64,000 nt of DNA from Octopus bimaculoides (taxonomy: Eukaryota). The position numbers and the translations under genes were made by a program. The stretch covers positions 31,181,203 to 31,245,202 of the forward strand of contig NC_068986.1 of NCBI RefSeq assembly GCF_001194135.2. Direction: 5' to 3'. Of this stretch, positions 37,447-49,400 are shown piece after piece. Each line of letters begins with the position of its first letter. Within the stretch, counting starts at the first letter, position 1. The notes below the pieces were generated by a model. The model searched no databases. It was not told the origin of the DNA and saw only the letters and a program-made list of their open reading frames with translations.

Positions 37447-40400
37447 NNNNNNNNNNNNNNNNNNNNNNNNNNNNNNNNNNNNNNNNNNNNNNNNNNNNNN
37501 NNNNNNNNNNNNNNNNNNNNNNNNNNNNNNNNNNNNNNNNNNNNNNNNNNNNNNNNNNNNNNNNNNNNNNNNNNNNNNNNNNNNNNNNNNNNNNNNNNNN
37601 NNNNNNNNNNNNNNNNNNNNNNNNNNNNNNNNNNNNNNNNNNNNNNNNNNNNNNNNNNNNNNNNNNNNNNNNNNNNNNNNNNNNNNNNNNNNNNNNNNNN
37701 NNNNNNNNNNNNNNNNNNNNNNNNNNNNNNNNNNNNNNNNNNNNNNNNNNNNNNNNNNNNNNNNNNNNNNNNNNNNNNNNNNNNNNNNNNNNNNNNNNNN
37801 NNNNNNNNNNNNNNNNNNNNNNNNNNNNNNNNNNNNNNNNNNNNNNNNNNNNNNNNNNNNNNNNNNNNNNNNNNNNNNNNNNNNNNNNNNNNNNNNNNNN
37901 NNNNNNNNNNNNNNNNNNNNNNNNNNNNNNNNNNNNNNNNNNNNNNNNNNNNNNNNNNNNNNNNNNNNNNNNNNNNNNNNNNNNNNNNNNNNNNNNNNNN
38001 NNNNNNNNNNNNNNNNNNNNNNNNNNNNNNNNNNNNNNNNNNNNNNNNNNNNNNNNNNNNNNNNNNNNNNNNNNNNNNNNNNNNNNNNNNNNNNNNNNNN
38101 NNNNNNNNNNNNNNNNNNNNNNNNNNNNNNNNNNNNNNNNNNNNNNNNNNNNNNNNNNNNNNNNNNNNNNNNNNNNNNNNNNNNNNNNNNNNNNNNNNNN
38201 NNNNNNNNNNNNNNNNNNNNNNNNNNNNNNNNNNNNNNNNNNNNNNNNNNNNNNNNNNNNNNNNNNNNNNNNNNNNNNNNNNNNNNNNNNNNNNNNNNNN
38301 NNNNNNNNNNNNNNNNNNNNNNNNNNNNNNNNNNNNNNNNNCACTCTCTGAGTGGTTGGCGTTAGGAAGGGCATCCAGCTGTAGAAACTCTGCCAAATTA
38401 GATTGGAGCCTGGTGTTGCCATCCGGTTTCACCAGTCCTCAGTCAAATCGTCCAACCCATGCTAGCATGGAAAGCGGACGTTAAACGATGATGATGATGA
38501 TATATCCGATGGGCTTCTTTCAGTTTCCGTCTACCAAATCCACTCACAAGGCTTTGGTTGGCCCGAGGCAATAGTAGAAGACACTTGCCCAAGGTGCCAC
38601 ACAGTGGGACTGAACCTGGAACCATGTGGTTAGTAAGCAAGCTACTTACCACACAGCCACTCCTGCGCCTATATGTTGACAAACCCTTACAAACAAGCTG
38701 TTTTCTAGCTCTGAGCTTTTGAAGTGATGTGAAATAAGAAAATCTCTTTCTTGAAAAACAGATAAAGGTTAGCAACAAGAGGGGCATCCAGTTGCAAGTA
38801 TTCATCCAACCTAATGTTAGAATTGGAAAATGGGCATAAAACAAATGAACATGTTTGTGTGTGTGTGTGAGAGAGAGAGAGATGGGGTATGTATATGGAT
38901 ACTTATAAGATTTCAATGTGTTTTTATTATAGGTACCTTCATGAAATGCTCTATGCTTGGATGGTATCTACCCTGGTCAGAGCTGATAGTTTTTTGCTGG
39001 AACATGAAGCACAAAATGGTAAGTAGTGGGTACAGTTATTTGATTCGCGGTTGAGTTGCAAAGACTCATGAATGCTTGAGTGGCGAATAATTTATATCTC
39101 TTATAGTTCTGAACAGTGTGGGGGCCTCTATGTGGTCATTTCAACTACTAGAAATATGAGCCAAATCTCTCACAGATTAGGCCCAACTAAATAAAAATAA
39201 GGTCACATTGGATAATATAGTCCTAAATATACTTTGCCTGAATGACTTTGATTACACTCTTTACTCTTTACTCTTTTACTTGTTTCAGTCATTTGACTGC
39301 GGCGATGCTGGAGCACCGCCTTTAGTCGAGCAAATCGATCCCAGGACTTATTCTTTGGAAGCCTAGTACTTATTCTATCAGTCTCTTTTGCCGAACCGCT
39401 AAGTTACGGGGACGTAAACACACCACCATCGGTTGTCAAGCGATACTGGGGGGGGGGGGACAAACATATACACACACATACACATATATATTCATATATA
39501 CGACTGGCTTCTTTCAGTTTCGGTCTACCAAATCCACTCACAAGGCGTTGGTCGGCCCGAGGCTATAGTAGAAGACACTTGCCCAAAGTGCCATGCAGTG
39601 GGAATGAACCTGGAACCATGTGGTTGGTAAGCAAGCTGCTTACCACACAGCCACTCCTGTGCCACACTGTGTAACAAAATTTAAATTTTTATTTGTCTTT
39701 CATCAGTAAATATTATTTCCTGTTTGCTTCTATCTAGAAATGATTACTATTCCCTTCAAACTTTGCTTTTGTGACCTGGACATCAATGTTTTGAAACTGA
39801 CCTATTTTCCATTACATCTCAGACAGATTTAGCACTGAGTTGCTGAAGCAGAAATATTGTTATAGTAGCTATTCTGATCAGTACCACAGATTTGCTTGTC
39901 AGTTGCTTGACCGTAACTACTTGAGCATGTCCCTTAAAAACTGACAATATGTGCATCTCTGATGATGAGCAGGAGTAGTTGGGGAGCATCATAGCCATGT
40001 GTTGAGAGGGATTCTTTGGGGTTTGAATAAATGTAACAAAAGCAAAGTTTGAAGGAAATATTAGCCTTTTTTCATACTTTCTAATGGAAAGCAAATAGGA
40101 AACAACAATTGTTACTCAAGGACAAGAATTGTGTTACACAATGTTAACATAGATCTGTTCCATCAAGGCTGACTTGGCTAAACAATAATATTTAAATGTA
40201 GTATTTTATATTTTGTATGGAAGGGTATATGTTTTAGTAATTGCATAAATAAATTTTAAAAAAACATTTATAGAGTTTGTCAGAAATAGAAATACTAAAC
40301 TGCTGTAGCATTTGGGTGTGGTGTTTACTTACATTCCTTTATGTTCTGTGTTCACATCTCACCAAAGTTGACTTTACCTTTCAGCTTTTGAGAGTTAATG

Positions 40401-43400
40401 AAATAAGTACTAGTTATTATTTTTTTTTTTTTATCTTTTAGTGAGGAGGTAAGGCAGGGCCCTTTGCATGGCATCTGAGACTGGTGAGAAGAAATTATTC
40501 TCAAACTGGAGACCTGGCCCAAATGCTTGCAACATTTATGTCTATACACTCACCAGGCCTTGCTCCTGCACCCAATCTGTCCAAGCTTTCATCTTCCTAA
40601 TGCCCATCCCTCTATCACTCTTCTAACTACGGCACTATTCAACTGCTGTAATCGTATGACAACAGAATCTGCACATATTTTTATCTACTAGTTATTTCTC
40701 CCCTATTCTTTATCCATCCCCCATTCTCCACATCTTTCCTTTCTACTGTTCACCCTTTTCTGTGCCAAAAATTATCTCTTCACCTCTCTTCTGAGCTACA
40801 TCTTGGGGCTGTCATATCTCATCTTTAACACCCTCTCATATCTGCTATCACCCTCAATACCCTCTCATATCTGTGATCAATTCTCCCCGCCCCATCCTGT
40901 GCCACACACACTGCAGCCACCACTATATACTTCTGATCTCTATCTCTGTCCTTGTACACCCCTCCCCCTCGCTATCCCACCCTACACTTCCTCTCTGTAT
41001 ATTCTGAATGACTTACAGATTTATTAAATTGCTACTCTCCCCCCTTCCTTTACTGGTACTTACCATTTCCTCCTTCCTCAGCTATTTCTTTGACCTTCTC
41101 CTTCCCCTCACTCATATTTACCATTGACCATACCACAACTCTTGCACATCATATAATCTCTAACCAACTGTCACTATCTGCCCACACTGTTATGAATCTA
41201 TCCACCTACCCTTCCTGATCCTTGGTCTGTATTCTCTCTTATACTCACCTTTTATTCCCACTTCTACCCACTCCTACATAATGTGGGGTAGCTATGTACC
41301 TCTTCTATAGCAAGACATTTGTATCTGCTTCTCTATCATACTGTAGCTTCTCAATGTCTGGCATAAAGCCACCCCCTCCCTCTACTACCGCCTTGGAGTT
41401 TCACTTTTCTTTGTCTTGCAAGCTACTTGGTGACCTCACTAGTGCCAATGTCATGAAAAAGAAAAAACATCCAGTACACTGGGTGCTTTATGTTAAGTGG
41501 TAGGCATTAGGAAGGGCATCCAGCCATGGAAACCCTGTCCAAGCAGACTTTGGAGCTTGATGTAGTGCCCTGGCTCTTGGATCCTATCAAACTCTCCACC
41601 CTATGCCAGCATGGAATAAAAAACAGATATTAAATTATGATGATGATGGTGATAATGGTGTATGTATGTATCTGCCTGTCTATATCTCTCTCACTCCCAC
41701 CATCATCATCATCGTTTTAATGTTCACTTTTCCATGCTTGTCTGGGTTGGCCAGAGTTTATTGAAGAGTTTCTACAGCTGGATGCCCTTCCTAATGCCAA
41801 CTACTCCGAGAGTGTAGTGGGTGATTTTTACGTGCCACCGGCACGAGGGCCAGTCCGGTGGTACTGGCAACGGCCACGCTCAAATGGTGTTTTTTACGTG
41901 GCACCTGCACAGGAGTCAGTCCAATGTTTTGTTCACATGCCACCGGCACAAGTGCCAGTAAGGTGAAGCTGGAAATGATTGTGCTCAAATGGTGCATTTT
42001 ACGTGCCACTGGCACGAGAGCGAGACCGCTTCTCTGCCAGTGATCCCGCTTGGATGGTCCTGTTANNNNNNNNNNNNNNNNNNNNNNNNNNNNNNNNNNN
42101 NNNNNNNNNNNNNNNNNNNNNNNNNNNNNNNNNNNNNNNNNNNNNNNNNNNNNNNNNNNNNNNNNNNNNNNNNNNNNNNNNNNNNNNNNNNNNNNNNNNN
42201 NNNNNNNNNNNNNNNNNNNNNNNNNNNNNNNNNNNNNNNNNNNNNNNNNNNNNNNNNNNNNNNNNNNNNNNNNNNNNNNNNNNNNNNNNNNNNNNNNNNN
42301 NNNNNNNNNNNNNNNNNNNNNNNNNNNNNNNNNNNNNNNNNNNNNNNNNNNNNNNNNNNNNNNNNNNNNNNNNNNNNNNNNNNNNNNNNNNNNNNNNNNN
42401 NNNNNNNNNNNNNNNNNNNNNNNNNNNNNNNNNNNNNNNNNNNNNNNNNNNNNNNNNNNNNNNNNNNNNNNNNNNNNNNNNNNNNNNNNNNNNNNNNNNN
42501 NNNNNNNNNNNNNNNNNNNNNNNNNNNNNNNNNNNNNNNNNNNNNNNNNNNNNNNNNNNNNNNNNNNNNNNNNNNNNNNNNNNNNNNNNNNNNNNNNNNN
42601 NNNNNNNNNNNNNNNNNNNNNNNNNNNNNNNNNNNNNNNNNNNNNNNNNNNNNNNNNNNNNNNNNNNNNNNNNNNNNNNNNNNNNNNNNNNNNNNNNNNN
42701 NNNNNNNNNNNNNNNNNNNNNNNNNNNNNNNNNNNNNNNNNNNNNNNNNNNNNNNNNNNNNNNNNNNNNNNNNNNNNNNNNNNNNNNNNNNNNNNNNNNN
42801 NNNNNNNNNNNNNNNNNNNNNNNNNNNNNNNNNNNNNNNNNNNNNNNNNNNNNNNNNNNNNNNNNNNNNNNNNNNNNNNNNNNNNNNNNNNNNNNNNNNN
42901 NNNNNNNNNNNNNNNNNNNNNNNNNNNNNNNNNNNNNNNTATACATATATACATACACACATAAAAAATATGTATATATATGTGTGTGTGTATATATGTA
43001 TACATACATACATACATACATACACACACACATATATCAACATCTAACGGCTGTTTTCCATGCTGGCATGGGTTGGATGGTTTGACAGGAGCTAGCTAGG
43101 CTGAGGACTCCACCAGGTTTCACTGTCTGTTTTGGTGTGGCTTTTGCGTGGCACCATCACTGGTTGGGGTGGGGGCACTGTAGAAGGTGGCCTTGTATCA
43201 GGTGACGAAAGGTAAGGGTATGACAGAGTGGCAGAAACAGGTGTCTTGCTATAGAAGAGATACATGGTTACCCAGTCAGAGGGAAAGAGAGAGAGAGAGT
43301 ATGAGTGAGAATGCAGGAGAGAGAAGGGTGAGAGAGAGAGCAATAGAGAGATGGTGGCGAAGTGCCAGGGCATACCCTCAGGGGATGGGGGGATCAGGAT

Positions 43401-46400
43401 ATAAATGGGATGATAGAGTATTGCCAAGGGTGCATGAGTAGGGAGTAGGGACATCACATGAATGCAGAGTGCGAGGGTGGGGTGGGGTGGGGTGGATTTA
43501 GGGAGGAATGCAGTGACTGGTGAAACCTGGGTATATAGAAGAGGTGGGGGGACAACAGGAGAGCAATGATACAGTGAGCAGGGTAGTAAGNNNNNNNNNN
43601 NNNNNNNNNNNNNNNNNNNNNNNNNNNNNNNNNNNNNNNNNNNNNNNNNNNNNNNNNNNNNNNNNNNNNNNNNNNNNNNNNNNNNNNNNNNNNNNNNNNN
43701 NNNNNNNNNNNNNNNNNNNNNNNNNNNNNNNNNNNNNNNNNNNNNNNNNNNNNNNNNNNNNNNNNNNNNNNNNNNNNNNNNNNNNNNNNNNNNNNNNNNN
43801 NNNNNNNNNNNNNNNNNNNNNNNNNNNNNNNNNNNNNNNNNNNNNNNNNNNNNNNNNNNNNNNNNNNNNNNNNNNNNNNNNNNNNNNNNNNNNNNNNNNN
43901 NNNNNNNNNNNNNNNNNNNNNNNNNNNNNNNNNNNNNNNNNNNNNNNNNNNNNNNNNNNNNNNNNNNNNNNNNNNNNNNNNNNNNNNNNNNNNNNNNNNN
44001 NNNNNNNNNNNNNNNNNNNNNNNNNNNNNNNNNNNNNNNNNNNNNNNNNNNNNNNNNNNNNNNNNNNNNNNNNNNNNNNNNNNNNNNNNNNNNNNNNNNN
44101 NNNNNNCACACACACAAAAACACGCATAAACACACACACACACACACACACGCACGGTTTAACATGTTTTTAAATGTAACTATGTCTTTGTTGTTCACTC
44201 CTAGTTCAACATATAGCAAGTAATTTAATTACATTGGCGATAATATCCTTTTAAACAATGTAAGACTTATAAAACTATTTTCCAGCTATAACATTAGTTA
44301 AGATATTTCTTTTGTGAAGGGTGAGGGTTAAAGTAACTGCAATAAAGACTGTTATTTGTCATTTTTAAGAGAGAGAGAGAGAGAGAGAGTGAGCTAACGT
44401 ATGTTAGGTCAACAGTATAGTAAGCGTTCAAATTACTTTAACATGTTGACAAGTAACGAGCCAGTAATCTTCAGCATCTCATGCTTTTACACATCTGTTA
44501 CAAATTACATCATATCCATGTGTATCATTGTAAATTTCATGACACACCTTCTATAACCTCTCAATCCTTGTTGGCTAAGATTGCACTCAAGGAACTAAAA
44601 TTCTGTTTAGTTTTCAGGAAGAACCAAGCGGAGCAAGATTGTCTGTGATTCTTCTGACATTAATTTTGAAGTAGACTTCTGAAATTAATATCAAGTAGTG
44701 GTAAGGACGGTGAACTGGCAGAATTGTTAGCACACCTGGCAAAATGCTTAGTAGCATTCCATCTGTTCTGAGTTCAATTTCTGCTGAGGTTGACTTTGCC
44801 TTTCGAGATGGATAAAATAAGTTTCAGTTGAATACTGGGGTCTATCCTTTTGACTTAACCTCTCTCCTGGACTTGGTGGCCTTGTGCCAAAATTTGAAGC
44901 CAATATTAACTAGGTCTTTACATTCAGAGTTCAAAAACTGCTGAGGTCGACTTTGGCTTTCATCCTTATAGGCTTGATAAAGTAAGTTCCAGTTGAGTAC
45001 TGGTGTCAATGCAATCACCTTAACCCCTTCCCCAAAATTGCTGGCCTTGTGTCAAAATTTGAAACCAGAATTAAGTAGTGGTGGATATGCAGAATTATTG
45101 GAGTATTGGGCAGAATGTCTAACAGCATTCAATTAGAGTTCTTTATAGTCTCAGTTCTAATTAGTCAGTTTTGCTTTACATTCTTCAAGCTTCAATAAAG
45201 TAAAGTACCAATGAAGAACATCAGTCAATTTATGTAATTATATATCTTCGCCCCCCCACCCCAGCTTGAGGCTTTGGGCCAAGTTTATTTGGAAGTAAAC
45301 TGGGACAATTCTCCACCGTTTTTATATCTGGTTTACCATGCTGGCATGAGTTGGCTGGATCTTAGTTAGACTCTGTTTACCTGCTTCTTACAAGCTGCAT
45401 GGATATAAAGTACCTGTTCTAAAAACTGGGACACACACAGTAGCTTGTCAGTATGTAATAAAGTAAAACATACTTTTATATGATCGGCAGTTGTTACTAT
45501 GATTTGAGGTAGGCTGTAGCCTTTGTTGGTAGCTATGACACAGCAGAATTATCTTTATAGGCTAACAATGACATAAAACATATTGTGCATGCACACAGAC
45601 CCCTTCTTTTGTATATAATATTGTTGTTAAGAGACAATGGAGTAGCATACAAGGCAGTGTATTCAACTAAATGTTTAGCAGTAGTTTCATGCCTTGTAAA
45701 AAGCACTTACTACATTCTGTAAAGTGGTTGGCATTAGGAAGAGAATCTGGATGTAGAAACCATGCCAAAGCTGGCCCATTGGCCTTTGTTAAACTATCCA
45801 ACCCATGTGAGATGGAAAACAGGTGTTAAATGATGATCCTTGCATCTCGTTTGAATTAATTTCAACTTACATCCCTCTTGGATCAATAAAATAAATGCTA
45901 GGCAGGGCGTTTGTTGATTCAGTTGTCTATATCAGGAGTTTTCAAACTGTGGTCCGCAGACCACAGGGGATCCGCAAGGACAAGACGGGGTCCGTGGACA
46001 GCAAATACTTTTTATGGGCAATTTGATTTTATATATGGTTTTTAATCGAAATCTTTTAATTGACAATAAACCTATTTGTTAAATACTGTTAAATAAATAA
46101 ATGTAAAAATATATGTTATTTTAAGCAAATATTTATGTATAAATTTCATAAGCGTTTATAAGGGGGTCCCTAAGGTAAAGCCTGAAATATAAAGGGGTCT
46201 GCAAGTCAAAAAGTTTGAAAACCCCTGGTGTATATCTTTCATCTTCAAATTTGTGATCGTATCAATCCTTCTTTCTTCTGTAGGTTGACCCTTTAGAATT
46301 CCCTCCTTGTTCATGCCTTCCTGCAGGTGTTAACTGCAGGGCCATTGATGGAATCAGTCTGACTGGTCTAAGAGGGCTTGCAGAGGCCATGAACCCTGCT

Positions 46401-49400
46401 ACTTTCTCTGGACCCAACAAGTAAAAATTAAAAAAAAAAATTTTCTTTTGTCTCTTGCTTTACTCAAAACCTAATTTTATTGTGTCCCATTTCCTCAGGC
46501 TTTGATGGGTTTTCAGTTGGATGGTCGGATGAAGAAATCAAAATTTGAATTTGATAATGAAGAGATCCGTTATTCACATCGATTTGCACCATTTGTACAC
46601 TTCGTTACTCCCCCTATGGTACACTATTCACGTTACAAGGTAAGATTATGGCTTCTTTTTTGTGGGGTTTTGTCATTATACACGCTTTATATTATAACTT
46701 GCTTCAATATGCCCTGCTGGCAATAGATTTTACTGTTGCCTCATGGTGGAGTTGTTTGTCATAAAAAGGGCCGTCATTTCTATAAGTTCTTTTGAATTTA
46801 TATTTTGTTCTCTTTGTTTTTACTGCATGTAAATTGTGAAAAAAAAATTAAATGAGACTAAAAGAAACCCACAGATTTCTCTACACATTTTATTTAGCAG
46901 TCATGTCTATAAATTATTGACATATTGGTAGTAGTTAACCCTTTCGTTACTGTAATTATTTGTGTTTCTTTCAATTACTTTAAATTTAACAAAGAATTTA
47001 GTAAAATAACTGTTATCATTCAGCTAGTGTTAGGAACATAAATTATGACTAAGGTTTGGTGGAAGATTTTAATTCAAAATTTTATGAAAACAAGACATCT
47101 GTCCCCAGTGCCAGTTTCAGCTGGGTTGGTAACGAAAGGGTTAAAGGAGTACTTTTGCAGTAATACTTATTTAACTATGTCCCATTTTAAATGTTTCAGT
47201 GTTTTTTGACTGTTTATCATTTAGTTAAATTTTTGTTTACCTAATTTTTGTCAAATTTCTTTCTTCAACTTTGGAATTTTCCTCAGGAAATGAATGATTT
47301 ATCAAAGTATAATTATGAACGAGCATCTACTGAAATGTATGGGTTAGCTTGTAAACAATTCCACCAGGCTAAGACCTTCTATGAGAATATACCCAATCCC
47401 AACGAGGAAGTGAGTTTTGTCTTTGAAATATTTTAAAAAAATGTTATTTATTTATTTCAGTATGATTTCAATTCAACTAACTTAACCATTTCTTTTCTGA
47501 AACTTGATGTTCTATCCAGTTATAAGAAACCAGTGAATTTTATTTCAAAATTTGATCTTCATCTGTTTATATCATTAATGTTGTTTCATGTCTGCCTATC
47601 CATGGCATGAATTAGATTTTCTGAGACAGTGTTTTTTGGCCAGATGCTCTTACCCTTTTAGTTGCCCCTCTCAATTGACATGCAGGGACACAGTGTACCT
47701 ATTCTGAAACTGGAATACATGTAACAACATATTTCAGTGTATGTGTAAATTACTAAAGTAACTTTTTTAATATAAAAAGATGTCCTTCTTGTCAACATAT
47801 CTCACTTGCATCCAAAGCCAGACATGTTTTAACAGAATGTTAAAAACAATGGACATTGCTTGTGTGTTGGTGATACACATTCATTTTACAACTCTTACAC
47901 GATGTCAAGACAAGGTCTCTCACACACACACACACACACACACACCCATGAATATGTTTATCAAATCCACTCACAAAGCTTTGGTCAGGCTGGGGCTATT
48001 GTAGAAGACACTTGCCCAAGGTGCTATTGAGCAGGACTGAACCCGGTAACATATGGTTGGGAAGTGAACTTCTTAACTAGCAACTTATTTAGAATGATAT
48101 TTGTCTCTCTTCTGTTTTAATGCTTCACAGTCTGTCGATAGATGCTGGCATTTATGAGCTTCTGCAATTCTTTGATTGTTTATTTGTGCTCACAGTACCC
48201 TCTACACAGTTACTCAACATGTTAAAAATACCAGCCAGATTTCTTCAAATATAGCTTAAAAAAAAAAGAAAGAAAAGATGAGGAGAGAACTTATTGAACA
48301 ATATAATCCCTGATATATGACTGGAATGCTTTTATTCATAGATTTACTGAATTGGGGTGAACCTAGAGCTAAACAACAAAATATTTACAAACATTGCCCC
48401 ATGAAATATTGGAATGGGCAGCAGTAACAGCTTCTGGCATGATATTTTTATTGATATTCGGTACAGTGTATACTGTAATAACTTTCATTGTTTATATTGA
48501 GTCTGATTGTGTTTAGTACACTAACCTCCAGTTACATGTGAGACATTAAGTCCAATTTATGCCAGCATGGAAAAACAGGCGTAAAACGATGACGATAATG
48601 ATGATGAATATTAACAGTATGTAAAATTAGAAGATGGTGGATGAATGATTGTGTGTGTGTGTGTATGTATATATGTATGCGTGTGTGTGTATGTTTGTAT
48701 ATATATAAATGTATATATAAGTGTGGGTGTATATATATATATATATATGCATTGAATTGGGTTTTTAACTAGTGTAAACATGGTGATAATCATCTAATAT
48801 GTCTGCCCTGTTCTCCATTTTCATAACATACACTGCTGTTTTGCTTTTGTGAAATTTAAACTTTTGACTTTCATTTTTAGTTCTTACTAGTTAAAAAGTA
48901 AAATAAAAAGGAATGTATTTAATGATTATTATTATTTTTTTTTTAAAATTTGTTTTTCCGTAATCCAAACATCATATAAGCTTACAGTATGGTGATGGCT
49001 GTTTGATTTCTGGTGCGTAAGTAAAGTGAATGAAATCTTAACAAATGATTACTGCCTGTCTTTTGATAAATTATTCCCAGAAGGAAAGATCACCATCATA
49101 TTTGCAGGCAATCAAAGAAAGAGTTTAACATAAAGTTGTTTATGATATTGATTTCAAATTTTGGCACTCTGAAAGGCAAAGTCAACCTCAGTGGAATTTG
49201 AACACAGAACGTAAAGATGGATGAAATGCTTAGTGGCATTTCATCTGGTGTGCTAATGATTCTACCATCTCACTGCATTAATGTTGTTTATGATATTAAC
49301 AGACAAAAATAAATGTATTTATAATAAAAAAAAGCAAAAAACTCCATGAGCCATTACTATTTTAATGTTTAATCTTTTTCTATTGGCTTAAGTTGGAGTG

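Noticed and set aside
41440-41475. Lys-rich MKKKKH as the missing NAA35 exon
   Set aside because: It is part of the recurrent retroelement 3' sequence (AAAAAGCACCCAGTACAC) and has no splice sites.
37332-44219. Long ORFs (200-400 aa) in the track
   Set aside because: They are open only because they cross N-gaps and microsatellites.
44618-44682. ttttcag|GA AGA ACC AAG CGG AGC AAG (GRTKRSK) as the missing NAA35 exon
   Set aside because: The phase fits and it starts like GRSSKK, but it reaches a stop, has no suitable phase-0 donor and lacks the QNMCAG-like motif.
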